Notes: generated from the sequence alone by a model not told the origin. A stretch of 64,000 nt of DNA from an uncultured delta proteobacterium (GCA_963803435.1 CAWDML010000009.1:864001-928000); one strand, 5' to 3'. Counted from the stretch's first letter, positions 22,264 through 35,136 are shown. Numbers and translations: made by a program.

Positions 22264-25200
22264 ATGGCCAAGGCGAATGCGCTGATATTCCCGAGCGAAG
22301 AGGCGCTTTTGGTGGCGCTCACCTCGGGTATGGTGCCGGGCGAGATCCAGGCCACCTCCGTCCGTCATGCAGAGGGCGCGGGCGGCATCGTGGCCGTGGT
22401 GCCGGAGGCCAAGCTGTCGCGTGAGGTGACGGCAACGCTCGGCGCCGCCGGCGTGCAGGTTCGCGCCATCGACGTCCCGCTGGCCCAGGCGCGATGCTGG
22501 GCCGAGGTCCTGCGTCCCCGCGCGCTTCCGGAGAGCGCGGTGACGATGCAGCTGGTGCTGTTCATGCTCGATGGCGACACCCAGCTGATCGAGCTCGCCG
22601 GCGAGCTCCTGCGGCTGGGCTGCGATCGCCAGGCGTACGCCCTCCACCGGAACGGCGCGAGCGGCGCCCGGGCGCTGCTCCGGGCGGCCGAACCCCCGTA
22701 CTACACAGTGGCCTCCGCGCTGGATCGGGGCGGCCGTTTCCACGCGTTCGTCCCCATCCGTCCCGGACAGGAGATGGTCTTCTCCGAGCTCGGGTGGTCG
22801 CACCCGCTCAAGGAGACGATCCACGCGCCGCCCGGCGAGATCCTGCTGATCCCGCGAGAGGGCCCCTGGCAGACCGTCAAGAACGGGCCCTGGTCCGACG
22901 TCTACCAGCTGATCGACTTTCGGCTCCCCGAGTCGCCGGAGACGCAGGGCGCGCTGCGGCCGCCGCGCCGCCTGATCGTCCCGCTGCGCTTGACCCGGGC
23001 CAGCCGCACCGAGCCGGCCTCGCTGTGGGTGATCCGGGAGCGAGCGATCGACGTGGTCGATCGGCTGGTGCAGACCCTGCCGGTCGATGTGATCGCGCGG
23101 CTGCTGTTCGCGGTGGCCGGCGATCCGTCCGACCCGATCGTGGTGCTTCGCGGGCGCGCGGGCCGCAGCGGTCCGCCCGAGATCGACGTTCCCGGCGAGG
23201 CCTACGTGTCGTTGCTCCGCATCCCGAACCTGTTCGTCCCGAGAGATCGGATCGTCGAGCCGCCGCTGCGCCGAGACAAGCTCCGCGAGCTCCTCGCGCC
23301 CACCGACGACGACATCGGCTGGCTGGCGCCGGTGGGCGACGCCAAGTTCCGGGTGGAGAGCCTGCCCGACGCGGCCTTCTCGCCGCTCCTCGACTGGGTG
23401 GACTATCTCGTGGAGGCCGGCGCACGCGCGCTCGAGCCCTGGGTCAAGTCGGTGCTCTTCGACTTCGAGCCGTTCGTTTCGGTGGGCGTCGAGTGGGCGG
23501 ACACGCCCAAGCCGCCGGAGAAGAAGGAGAAGGCCCGGGCTCGCCGCGAGGCGCGGCCCGAGATTGCCTACGACGAGACCGACGATTCGACTTCGACGAC
23601 GACACCGATCCGACCGGGCCGGTCCCACCGCTCGAGGCGCCCCGACCGCATCCGAACGCGCTCGAGCCGGTGGAGCAGGACGTCCTCACGCCGGACGAGG
23701 AGCAGCTCACGGAGCTCGAACAGACGTTCCTGGAGCTCGAGGTGCCGCTGGACGCCGGCGAGCGCACCGGGATGTGGGCGCAGATGGCCCGCCTCAACGG
23801 CCGCCTGAACCGCCACCGGGACGCCGGTATCTGCTGGGCTTACGCGCTCTGGGAGCAGGGCGGCGAGACGGCGGCGGCGCTGGCGCGTGACTGGGCGGAG
23901 GTCGACACCGGGACCACCGATCCGGACGCGATGACCGCTCGGGTGCAAGGCAGCTTGCAGGCGTCGAAGCCCTCGCGGGGCGACGTGCGGGACGTGGTGG
24001 CGGTCGTGGTGTCCTCACACCTGGCGCAGGTGCCGGAGCCCGCCTCTCTCGGCGACATCCACCGGGTCCAGGTCTGGCTGGACCAATACGACGAGGTCCT
24101 CGACGTCCGATTGCTCTGGCTCTCCCGCCATGCGCTCGCGGAGCTGGTTGGCGGCGACGAGCTGGCGCTCGCGCGCACGCGGGACCGGATCCTGACGCGG
24201 CTCCGGATGGGACTGTCGCTCGAGCGCGACGTCCCGAACTTCCTCCGCTTCCTGGGCGGCGGCGCGGGCGGGGGTCGCTCCAGCGAGCAGCTCGCCGATC
24301 GCCTGGAGGAGCTCCTCGCCATCTATGCGAAGACGCCGCGCAAGCGAAAGGCGGTGGAGGCCAAGGAGGAGCTCACCGGTGCGTACGTGAGGTTCGTGCT
24401 CGCGTACGGGTTCGCGCGTCTGGGACGCTCCGATCGGGCCCGCGAGCTGCGGGACGAGGCGCGCCGGACGCTCGATCTGGGCGACGCGATCCACGGGTTC
24501 CTGGCCGACGCCTTCTCGGCGCGCATCGACCACGCGCTCGAGGCCAAGCCGGTGGAGACACCGCTGCCGATGGAGATCGGGGGCCGCCTCAACGCGCTGG
24601 CCAAGTTCGATCGATACAAGGTGGACCGGCTGCGCGAGGTCTCCACGATCCTCGAGCCGCAGGAGAACCTCGAACCGATCCGCGCGTACCAGCGCGGCGA
24701 GAAGGATCCGCGCGGCGCCGAGTTCGAAAAACTGCGCGGAATGACCGACGCGGACGAGCTGGCGCGGGAGGTCGATCGGTTGATGGAGCAGGCGGTGGTC
24801 GCGTCGCCGGACGAGCGCGACCGCCTCTTCGACGGGCTGATGGACTTCTTCCCGCTGATCCCGTCGCGCGCCAAGCGCAACCTCGAACGCGTGGTCGCCT
24901 CGATGGAGCCGATCGAGCTGGGGAGGCGCGCGGTGATCCTCCAGGAGGCGCTGATGCTGGCCGGGTATTTCGGGCTCTCGGAGATGGTCCGCAGCCTGGC
25001 GAACCAGCTGAAGACCGTGCTCGGGCAGCTCGACGGCAAGCAGGCGGTCGCGGTGGCGGGTGAGTTCGGCAAGAGCTTGCGAAGTCTCCGCCGCGTGGGG
25101 CTGAAGGAAGAGGCTGCGGATCTCCTGGAGATCATGCAGCGCTCGATCTCGGGCGAGGGCCCCGAGGAGATGATGGCGCGCGTGCAGGTCGCCGGCGGGT

Positions 25201-25571
25201 TGATCTATCTGGGCGATCTCGAACGGGCGATGCCGACGATGTCGGAGGCGCTCGACTTCCTGAACAAGCCCTCGGCCGCTCCCTCGCTCGACCACCGGCT
25301 CAAGGTCCACCAGGCGGCGGCCTCGGCCTTCAGCCAGGCGCCGGAGCAGCACGCGGTGGCCGGGCTGGCGAAGCTGACCGGACAGCTCAAGAACATCAGT
25401 GACAGCTACGGGACCAACTCTCATTTCTGTCGCTCCGTCATCCAGTTCATGGAGGCGCTGGTGCTCGGTTATGCGAGCGAGCACTTGGCGCTGGGCGAGC
25501 TGGGCCGGCGATGGTTGGACGAGGACGAGTATCTGATCCGGCGGAGGATCCACCGGACGCTGGGGGCATGA
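22264..25571 (+). CDS. Large hypothetical protein (about 1100 aa) with acidic linker and helical-repeat C-terminus; one apparent indel near 23586
   Basis: ORF 22264..23808 joins ORF 22494..25571 by adding one T (GAT TTC GAC TTC GAC). Confidence 0.75.
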
Positions 25572-25575
25572 ATCG

Positions 25576-26627
<1,052 letters not shown>

Positions 26628-26631
<4 letters not shown>

Positions 26632-28091
26632 CGCTGGAGCTTCGCGACGCCGAGGCGGCGGGCCGGTGGACGGCCGCGGGACTGTGCCTGATCCGCGTGG
26701 GGTCGGCGGGCGCGACCGAGGTGGCCTCGGTGACGCGGCAGATGCTGGTGGCGGTCTCCGAGGCCGGCTCCCTCCCGCCGGTCGGCATGCTCGGAGACAT
26801 CGGAAAGCTCGTGGGCGGCGCCTCGCTCGACTTCTCCGCGCCGCTGCCGGCGACGCAGCCCGAGATCTCGCGCGCGGTGCGGGCCTACGAGGATCAATTC
26901 CTGGGCCGCCTGGCGCAGGATCCCAGGATCGAGGCGATCGCTGATGCGATCGCGAAGCTGCCGAAGCCCATGCGGGACGACGCGGTGGCGCTGCTGCTCG
27001 CGCGTATCCTCCAGCGCATCGCCTTCGAGGGCGCCGTCTCGATGAGCCCCGGTATCGCGCGCCGAGTCACGGAGACGCCGGTCGAGGAGCTCCTCGAGGC
27101 TGGCTACGCCGCGCTCCGCGAGGCCGGCGACATCCAGACCCTGCTGGTGGGTGGCTACGACGGCCTGGTGCACCGGGCGCGGCGTACCGGCGCGCTGCTG
27201 GCCGAGGCCGACGTGTTCGTGCTCGAGAACCTGACCGTGCTGTCGAGCCTGACGCAGCGCCTGGCGATCGAGCACATCGTCGAGGTCGCGGACGAGCTGA
27301 TGCGCCGGCTCCCCAAGCGGATGAAGCCGAAGGCGGCTCGCCGGGGCGGCCGGACGCCGACCAACATCGAGGACGAGGATCGCTATCCGATCGGCGGCTT
27401 CTCTTCGATCTCGACCTACGGCAGCCTGGAGAACCTGGTGACCTCCGAGCTCATCTACATGGACGAGACGCCGGACGAGATCGACCTGTTCGACATGCGC
27501 TACGTGGAGGGCGAGCTGCTCTACTACACGCGCGATGAGAGCGTGTTCATCCGCGGCCGCCGCGTCGTCACGTTCGTGTTCGAGCCCGAGCTGATCCGGG
27601 CGCGGTTCAAGGACCAAGGCATGCGGTGGCAGCGCCTGGTCGTCGCGATGGGGCTTCTCTCGGCCTCGGTACAGAAGCTCTCGGGCTGGCTGGCGGAGGA
27701 GGGGCTCTTCTTCCGCGTGGCCTTCGTCCGCTCCCACGGAGAGGCGCCCCTCGAGGCGGAGCAGGGCCTCTGCCGGCTGCTCCTCCGCGAGTGGATCGAG
27801 AAAGAGATGGCCGAGGTCGTCGAGATCGATGGGCTCGAGGACGTGATCGGGCGGACGCAGGAGGACGCACGGACCGCGCAGGCGGACCTCGTCATGTTCA
27901 CGATGAACACACGCTCGCTCGACGGCCTCGACCCTCGCGTGCGGGCCGCCTTGATCAACCTCGGCGAACCCAGTCCAGCGCTGTGGTGGACCGATCATTC
28001 CCCGAGCAACCTGACCACGGACGCTGATCCCTGGAGCGCCTGGACGGCCGTGAGCCGCGAGCTGCTCCAGTCGATCATCGACGGGAGGTGA
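26628..28091 (+). CDS. ViaA-like / divergent vWA partner of MoxR
   Basis: GSLENLVTSELIYM...LFDMRYVEGELLYY resembles the pre-vWA segment of ViaA-type proteins; no canonical DxSxS; ATGA overlap with moxR. Confidence 0.6.
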
Positions 28092-28092
28092 G

Positions 28093-28587
28093 ATGGAAAT
28101 CCTGATCACTTACCTCGAGATGCGAACGCCCCCGATCCGCCCGCAGGTCGTCCTGCCCGCCAGCGTTCGCGTCGTCCGCGCGCGAAGGCCCAGCGCCCGC
28201 TTCTACCGCTTCCTCTACGAGGGCGTCGGTCGAGAGTGGCAGTGGGTCGACCGCGACGCCCTCAGCGACGATGAGCTCACCGCCGTGCTCCACGACGACC
28301 TTGTCGAGGTCCACGTCCTCTGGGTCGACGGCAATCCCGCCGGGTACGTCGAGCTCGATCTCCGCGAGCCCCCAGACATCGAGATCGCGTACTTCGGCCT
28401 CATGCGCGAGTACTTCGGACGCGGCCTCGGCAAGCTCTTCCTCAGCTGGGCCATCGACGAGGCCTTCCGGCGCAGGACCCCCCGCCTCTGGGTCCACACC
28501 TGCGACCTCGACCATCCGGCCGCGCTCCCGAACTACCAGCGGTGCGGCTTCCACGCGTATCGCACGATGCGATCGATCCCGACGTGA
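28093..28587 (+). CDS. GNAT family N-acetyltransferase
   Basis: YFGLMREYFGRGLGK acetyl-CoA motif, WVHTCDLDHPAALPNYQRCGF. Confidence 0.9.
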   Translation: MEILITYLEMRTPPIRPQVVLPASVRVVRARRPSARFYRFLYEGVGREWQWVDRDALSDDELTAVLHDDLVEVHVLWVDGNPAGYVELDLREPPDIEIAYFGLMREYFGRGLGKLFLSWAIDEAFRRRTPRLWVHTCDLDHPAALPNYQRCGFHAYRTMRSIPT

Positions 28588-28590
28588 AGC

Positions 28591-29046
28591 TCAGAGCAAC
28601 GGCTGGAGGCCGTGGACGAGGACGTCCTCGGAGATCGCGCCCTGCCAGAAGCGGAGCCGGCGTCCCTCGCGATCGAACACGAAGGTAGCCGGGAGGGTGC
28701 CGTTCCAGTCGGGGTGGAGCGCTTCGATGAACGCCTGGTCCTTGCCGTGCTTGAAGTAGCAGGGCAGCTTGGCGCCTTTGTCTTCCAGCAGCTTGGCGGC
28801 ATCGGCGCGCTGGCTGGCGAAGTCGGCCGAGACGAAGATGAAGCGGACCTTGCCCTGGAAGCGCTTCTCCACGTCGAAGAGCATGGGGAGCTCGCGGACG
28901 CAGGGGCCGCACCAGGTGGCCCAGACGTTGACCACGATGAGCGGCTCGGACGAGCGGCGGATCTCGGACATGAGCTCGGGGCCGTCGACGTCGACGAGCG
29001 GACCCTGGGTGGCGGCGAGGATCAGAGTCAGGACCGGTAGACGCAT
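28591..29046 (-). CDS. TlpA/ResA-like thiol-disulfide oxidoreductase
   Basis: VNVWATWCGPC, LPAT cis-Pro, signal peptide. Confidence 0.9.
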   Translation of the reverse strand: MRLPVLTLILAATQGPLVDVDGPELMSEIRRSSEPLIVVNVWATWCGPCVRELPMLFDVEKRFQGKVRFIFVSADFASQRADAAKLLEDKGAKLPCYFKHGKDQAFIEALHPDWNGTLPATFVFDREGRRLRFWQGAISEDVLVHGLQPLL

Positions 29047-29099
29047 CCTCGGTACGAAAGCCTAGCCGAAGGCCGCCGGTTCCGGCTAGAGAGGTCCAG

Positions 29100-29651
29100 A
29101 TGCGGGTGGCGCTCGTGGTCCTCTTCTTCGCGGGGTGCGCTTTCAGCGGAGACGGTGACGGCGGCCCCATGGACGCGGGTCGCCGCGACGGGAGCATGAA
29201 GGATGCGGCCGTCGAGGACGCCGGGGCGGGGCCGCGGGTCGAGGTGGGCGGCGGAGCGTTCGAGTTCGAGGCGCTCACCGAGGGCCAGGTGGTCGACTTC
29301 ATCGCCGGGCCCCAGGGGGGCGGGCGGTTCGACGGCTTTCACATCTGGACCGGCGCCCGGATCTGGAGGCTGGAGCCGAGCGCGATCAGCGCGTCGTTCC
29401 TCATCTTGGCGGCCAGCGATCGCAGCGAGCTGGCGCGCCTCGACTGGGTCACGAACTTCCGGCCCACGTCCACCGACGCGTACGAGATCTGGGGTGCGAC
29501 GCCCCGGCTCGCCGACTGCTGCGCTGCGGTCGATCAGCCGCTGTTGATGCGCGTCGAGGTGGTGGACGTCGAGGGGATCTCGGCCGCCGGCGAGATCGCC
29601 GTCCGGGGCGCTCCGGAGTGCAGCGATTTCACCGGCAACTTCTGCCCGTGA
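29100..29651 (+). CDS. Hypothetical lipoprotein
   Basis: Lipobox FAGC, DAG-rich linker, GPQGG..HIW motif seen in myxobacterial lipoproteins. Confidence 0.65.
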   Translation: MRVALVVLFFAGCAFSGDGDGGPMDAGRRDGSMKDAAVEDAGAGPRVEVGGGAFEFEALTEGQVVDFIAGPQGGGRFDGFHIWTGARIWRLEPSAISASFLILAASDRSELARLDWVTNFRPTSTDAYEIWGATPRLADCCAAVDQPLLMRVEVVDVEGISAAGEIAVRGAPECSDFTGNFCP

Positions 29652-29658
29652 TTCGGGC

Positions 29659-31674
29659 TCAGGCCTTCGCCACCCGCGCTCGCATCCGCTCGATCGCCTG
29701 GGCGATGTCCGCCTCCGTATCCCGCATCCGGGCCCAGGGATCGCCGAGCTCCGCGAGGCGCGCCGGGACGGTCTCCATCGTGAACGCGCGCGGATCGAGG
29801 CTCTCCGTCACCTCCGCCCAGGTGAGCGGCGTCGAGACGGTCGCGCCCGGTAGCGGGCGCACCGAGTAGGGCGTCACCAGCATGCGGCCCCGCGCATTGA
29901 CGAGATGGTCGAGGAACACGCGGCCCCGACGCTCGGCGATCTGGAGCTCGATCGTCGCGTGCTCGGGGAGATCGCCGGCCACCGTGCGTGCGATCAGCTC
30001 GCCGAGCGCGCGGGACTGATCGAACGTGAGCCGGCGGCCCAGCGGCAGCAGCACGTGCATCCCGCTCGACCCGCTGGTCTTGGGGAACGAGGGCAGTCCG
30101 ATCGCGAGGCAGAGCTCCCGCACCGCCAGGGCGATCCGCACCACCGAGCCGAAGCCCTGCGCGCCGGGATCGAGGTCGATGACGCACCAGTCGGGGCGAT
30201 CGAGATCGCTCACGCGGCTCGGCCACATGTGGAGCGGGATCGTGCCGAGGTTGACCAGATAGAGCAGCGACTCCACGTCGTCAGCCAGGAAGTAGTCGCG
30301 GGCCCGCTTCGACATCTGGATGCGAACGGTCCGCAACCACGCGCTCTTCGAGCCGGGCGCGTTGTGCTGGAAGAAGCTCTTCCCGTGGATGCCGTCGGGA
30401 TACCGGGTGAGGACGAGCGGGCGATCGATCAGGTGTGGCAGCAGCCAGGGCGCGACCGCGCGGTAGTATCGCAGGAGGTCGCCCTTGGTGTGTCCCTCCT
30501 CGGGCCAGAAGATCTTGTCGAGGTTCGTGAGCCGGACCTTCAGCCCCTCGAGGCCCGAGGTGACGCTCGCCGGCGCGAGGGAGGAGGTGGGCGCTGGCGT
30601 GCGCCGCTCGATCGTGATCGGGGCTCGCTCGGCGCTCGGTCCCGGCGTGTACGGTGCATCCAGGCGACGCGCGACGATCCCGAAGCTGCCGCGCCGTCTC
30701 ACCTCTTCGGCCAGCGCGTCGCCGCGCGCCGCCAGATGATCGGCGAACATCAACGGCCCCACCGCCGGCAGGACGCGCCGCAGAAGCGCCTTGCGCGTCG
30801 CGAGCGGCAGCGGTCGGAGATCGTTGTCCTCGAGCGCCAGCAGATCGAAGGTGTAGAGCACGGCCGGTGGCGCCTCCCGATCGGGTGGCGCTGCGCATCT
30901 TCGCGCCAGCGCGGCGGGATCGGGACACCCATCGCGGTCGAGCACGACGAGCTCGCCGTCGAGCAGCACGCCCACGGGGAGCGCCGAGAGGGCAGCGGCG
31001 ATCTCGGGGAAGCGCTCGCGATGATCGACACCCGCACCGGCGATTCCGCCGGCCCACGCCAGCACCGGCAGGCCCTCCGGATCGAGCTCGAAGATCCATC
31101 CGGGCGAGGCGAACGGTGGGCGCGGGGCGCCGGGTAGCATGGGACGCGCCGCCGTCGGCGGCCCGAAGGCGGCGAGCGCGGGCGGCAGCGCCTCGAGGAG
31201 CGCGGCGCGGACCGCCTCCCGGTCGTCGTCCGGCGCGAGCCCTGAGAGGATCGAAACGGTCGAGTAGTGCCCCTTCGGATCCGCCCACGCATCGGGCTTC
31301 TTGAGCAGCACCCACTCCTTCGAGGGCAACCAGGGGCGCCCGCGACCCCGCGGCCGACCTCGACCGCGGGCCAGGGTCCAGGTGCCCTTCAGCTTGAAGC
31401 CGTCGAGATCGAAGAGGAGCTTGCCGCGTGCGCATCCCTCCTCCGGGTCGGCGTGCGCGCGGTAGCGGCCGGCGTCCCAGAGGAGGAGCTCCCGCGTCTC
31501 GGTGAACGGATTGAGGGACGCGATCGGCTCGGCCTCGAGGGCGTCGCGCGGCTCGTGCTGCGAGGGGGACGGTCCCTTGTCGATGGTCCATGCCCGCCAG
31601 CCGCCGCCGATCTCGAGGATCAGCTCGTGGATCAGGTCGCGCGCGCGGCGTCGGACCAGGAACCGCCCGGTCAT
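29659..31674 (-). CDS. ligD: LigD-like protein: degenerate phosphoesterase and ligase domains, intact AEP polymerase domain
   Basis: KGPS, WDAGRY, GFKLKGTWTL (PE); LLDGELVV, FDLL (ligase); LTNLDK, RYPDG, DWCVIDLDP, KTSGSSGMHV, VFLDH, PYSVR (polymerase). Confidence 0.85.
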   Translation of the reverse strand: MTGRFLVRRRARDLIHELILEIGGGWRAWTIDKGPSPSQHEPRDALEAEPIASLNPFTETRELLLWDAGRYRAHADPEEGCARGKLLFDLDGFKLKGTWTLARGRGRPRGRGRPWLPSKEWVLLKKPDAWADPKGHYSTVSILSGLAPDDDREAVRAALLEALPPALAAFGPPTAARPMLPGAPRPPFASPGWIFELDPEGLPVLAWAGGIAGAGVDHRERFPEIAAALSALPVGVLLDGELVVLDRDGCPDPAALARRCAAPPDREAPPAVLYTFDLLALEDNDLRPLPLATRKALLRRVLPAVGPLMFADHLAARGDALAEEVRRRGSFGIVARRLDAPYTPGPSAERAPITIERRTPAPTSSLAPASVTSGLEGLKVRLTNLDKIFWPEEGHTKGDLLRYYRAVAPWLLPHLIDRPLVLTRYPDGIHGKSFFQHNAPGSKSAWLRTVRIQMSKRARDYFLADDVESLLYLVNLGTIPLHMWPSRVSDLDRPDWCVIDLDPGAQGFGSVVRIALAVRELCLAIGLPSFPKTSGSSGMHVLLPLGRRLTFDQSRALGELIARTVAGDLPEHATIELQIAERRGRVFLDHLVNARGRMLVTPYSVRPLPGATVSTPLTWAEVTESLDPRAFTMETVPARLAELGDPWARMRDTEADIAQAIERMRARVAKA

Positions 31675-32954
31675 CCCAGGTTCATGCCTCGGGTCTTGCG
31701 AAACAGGCGGACGGCGAAGGAGTCGGTCATGCCGGAGAGGTAGTCGGTGACCAGCAGCAGGCGCTGGTAGGGCGTCGCGGTGGGCGAGGGCTTCGTGGGC
31801 AGCAGGTCGAGATAGCGCGCTTGCTTGTTGGAGGGGCGCTCGGCGAGCACCGAGGGGACCATCTCCTCGAGCAGCGAGTGGAGGACCTCGTATCCGGCCA
31901 GCTCGATCTCGAGCACGTCCCGCGCCCGGTAGCAGGCGGTGCGGGTCAGCGCGGCGATGCGTTGGAGCGCATCCGCGGAGGGGATGCTGCGCGCGAGCGG
32001 CCGGTCGACCTGGCCGGCGAGCAGCGCCTCCTCGCTGGCGAGGAAGAGCTCACAGACCTCGTGGACCAGGTGGCTGATCGCCTTGGCCCGCAGGTAGGCG
32101 ATCGGCTCCTTGGTGCCGTCGTGCTCGGGCGCGCGGTAGGACGCACCGCGGGCCGCGATTGGGGCCAGGCAAGCGAACGCCTCGTCGAAGCTCACCTTCT
32201 CCAGCTCGCAGCCGTCCTCGAGGTCGAGGATCGAGTAACAGATGTCGTCGGCCGCCTCGACGAGGAACGCGAGCGGATGGCGGCAGAAGGCCACCTCGTC
32301 TCCTCGAGCGGGCATCAGGCCGACGCCGGCGGCGACCTGCTGGAACTCGATCTTCTCGGACTGAAAGAAGCCGTACTTCTTGCTGCGCTTCGACTCCCAC
32401 GGATACTTCGTGAACGCGGCCAGCGTGGCCAGCGTGAGCTGGAGCCCCGGGTTGTTCGGGATTTGCAGCCGCGTGACGATGCGGAAGCCCTGCGCGTTGC
32501 CCTCGAAGTGGAGGAGGTCGCGCTTCTCGCCGTCGCTCAGGCCGTCGAGCATGGCGGCGTGCTCGGTGAACCAGCTCCCGATCGCGTCCTCCCCGGCGTG
32601 GCCGAAGGGCGGGTTGCCGATGTCGTGCGCCAGGCAGGCGGCCGCCACGATGTCCCCGAAGTCGCGGCCGTCGACGCAGGCGCGGAGGGCCGGGTGGCGT
32701 TCGAGGAGGCGCTGGCCCACCGCCGTGCCGAGCGAGCGGCCCACGCAGGAGACCTCGAGGCTGTGCGTGAGGCGCGAGTGCACGTGATCGTTCTCGGGCA
32801 ACGGAAACACCTGCGTCTTGTCGTGGAGGCGGCGGAACGCGGACGAGAACACGATGCGATCGGAGTCGCGCTGGAACGTGGTGCGCGAGGTCTCCGGCTG
32901 CCGGGTGCCGTCGCGACCGAGTCGCTCTGCCGAGAGGAGCGTGGACCAATCCAT
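31671..32954 (-). CDS. dgt: Deoxyguanosinetriphosphate triphosphohydrolase (HD-family dNTPase)
   Basis: FQRDSDRI, KTQVFP, HSRLTHSLEV, LAHDIGNPPFGHAGE, FEGNAQGFR, EAADDICY, DYLSGMTD; ATG at 32954. Confidence 0.95.
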   Translation of the reverse strand: MDWSTLLSAERLGRDGTRQPETSRTTFQRDSDRIVFSSAFRRLHDKTQVFPLPENDHVHSRLTHSLEVSCVGRSLGTAVGQRLLERHPALRACVDGRDFGDIVAAACLAHDIGNPPFGHAGEDAIGSWFTEHAAMLDGLSDGEKRDLLHFEGNAQGFRIVTRLQIPNNPGLQLTLATLAAFTKYPWESKRSKKYGFFQSEKIEFQQVAAGVGLMPARGDEVAFCRHPLAFLVEAADDICYSILDLEDGCELEKVSFDEAFACLAPIAARGASYRAPEHDGTKEPIAYLRAKAISHLVHEVCELFLASEEALLAGQVDRPLARSIPSADALQRIAALTRTACYRARDVLEIELAGYEVLHSLLEEMVPSVLAERPSNKQARYLDLLPTKPSPTATPYQRLLLVTDYLSGMTDSFAVRLFRKTRGMNLG

Positions 32955-33023
32955 CCCGGCGAGCGTTACCAAGAAGCGGCCTGCCTCGGCCATCTGGACA
33001 CGCGTGCGGTAGAATTGAGCGGC

Positions 33024-33419
33024 ATGTCTCCGGAGCCCGCCCGACACCTTCTCGACGCTGCGCTCGCGGAGTGGGCGGCCGGCCGCTTCTACGAGGCCCA
33101 CGAGCTGCTCGAAGACTTCGCGGAGTGCTTCGAGGCCGAGGATCAGGCGTTCGAGTGGGCGCTGGGGCTGACGCGGGTGGCGGCGAGCCTGCACAAGCTG
33201 GTCGCGGGCGTCGGCGTGCGCGCCGTGCCCGGCAAGCTCCACCAGGCCCTCCGCGATTTGGCGGGCGCGCCTCCCGATTGGTTCGATCTCGACCTGGTGG
33301 CGTTTCGGTCCGAGCTCGCCGTGCTGGCGGAACGCCTCCAGGCCGGCACCGCTGTCCGGTTTCTCCCGTCCGAGATGCCGGTACCGCGCACCATTGCGGC
33401 GGGGCCCGAAGGTGGGTGA
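33024..33419 (+). CDS. DUF309 family protein
   Basis: GRFYEAHELLE motif; ATG at 33024. Confidence 0.7.
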   Translation: MSPEPARHLLDAALAEWAAGRFYEAHELLEDFAECFEAEDQAFEWALGLTRVAASLHKLVAGVGVRAVPGKLHQALRDLAGAPPDWFDLDLVAFRSELAVLAERLQAGTAVRFLPSEMPVPRTIAAGPEGG

Positions 33420-33431
33420 CGATCACCTTTC

Positions 33432-35136
33432 GTGGTCGCGGTCCAAAGAGAGCTCACGACGGCGCTCGGACTGTTTGCCCGCACGGCCCGGGCTCGGCCG
33501 CTTTACAGCCCGAACAACCAGGTTCGCATCAAGATGATGGCGGAGCTCGTCCGCGCGTTCGGACGCCTGTTCGACGAGACGGAGGAGGTGACCCTCTCCG
33601 TTCGGCCCGACGCCTTCCTCTTCGAGGACCAGGCCGTGCTCGAGGAGCGGGGCGCCAATCCCTCGGTCCCCTTCCTGTTCTTTCGCGACGGGGTGCGGCG
33701 GATCGAGCTGGTCCGCGGGCTGGACGAGCCCGAGCTCGACGTGCTGCTCGACGCCACCGCCCACGGGCTCTCCCATCGCGGGCTCGACGACGACGTGGTG
33801 TCGGTCCTCTGGCGCCACCAGCTGGAGCACCTCCGCTATGTCACGGTGGATACGACCGTCGTCGACGCGATGCCGGGCGCGATCGGCGAGCCGACGCAGG
33901 ACATCGACGTCCAGATCGACGCTCTGATCCGCAGCATCTACGGCGACGCCGGGGAGGACGTGGGGCTGCGCTCTCTCCATATCGACACCAGCGATCTCAC
34001 GGCCAAGGCCATCGCCGACGCACTGGGATCGATCGACGAGATGGCGCCAGGCTTCTTCCCCCCGAAGCACTTCATCGCCGCGCCGATCTACGCCGAACGG
34101 CTCGCCGGAGAGCTCGAGGAGGAGAGCGACGAGTCGGTCGCCGAGCTGGCGGCGACCGCCGCCGCCGAGGCGCTGTCGCACACGCAGCACCCCGCCGACG
34201 CCGAGGCGCTCGGCCGCGCGCTCCTCGATCTGTTCGATGCCGCGCTCCTCACCGAGCAGCTCGAGCTCCTGCGGCGGATCGTCGAGTGGGCCCAGTCGCT
34301 CGGCGACGGGCACGTCGAGGGGCGGCGTCTGCTCGACACCATCCTGTCGGAGGCGCGCATCCGCCAGCTCACGACGGTCGGACACAACGATCCGGATCGC
34401 GAGCTGGAGGTGATGGCGTTCCTCGAGATTCTGCGGGCCGAAGGTCGTGCCGTCGCTCGTCTCGCTGCTGCCGAGCCTCACCGATCCGCGCCAGCGGCGC
34501 GCCTACTCCGACCTGGCCCTGGCCATGGGCACGCACGAGGTCGAGCCGATCCTGGCGCTCCTCGCCAGCGAGCAGGGCTTCGTGGCGGCGGAGGCCCTCC
34601 ACATGCTGGCCGAGATGCGGAGGATCGATCACCGCGCCGCGCAGGTCGCCGTCCAGCACTCCAAACCGCAGGTGCGACTCACCGCGCTTCAGGTCGTCGA
34701 CCGGCTCGATCCCGACGTCGCCGAGGACGTCGTGCTGGAGCTGATCGACGATCGGGAGCCGCGCGTCCGCATGGAGGCCGTCAAGGCGCTCGGCTACCTC
34801 GAGGGCGCGCGGGCCAAGGGCGCCATCGAGGCTGCGGTCGCGCGCAGCGACTTCGAGGACGCCAGCGCACCGGTGAAGGAGGCGTTCCTCAGGGCGTACG
34901 TGGCCCAGCTGGGCCGACACGCCTTCGACCGTCTCGAGGAGATCATCCGCTCCACGGATCGCCGTCTCGCGCGCCGTCAGGTGGAGGAGCTCGGCGCCGC
35001 CGCGGTGGTGGCGTTGGCCTCGCTGCCGACGAAGCGCACGGTCGAGATCCTCAAGAAGGCCTGTCTGTCGCGGAACAAGCGGGTGCGCGAGGTCGCGCGT
35101 GCCGAGCTCAAGAAGATGAGGAAGGACTTCGAGTGA
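33432..35136 (+). CDS. HEAT-repeat protein; apparent indel near 34437
   Basis: N-terminus LYSPNN / LFFRDGVRRI; C-terminal repeats QVRLTAL, RVRMEAVKALG, RVREVA in the next frame. Confidence 0.75.
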
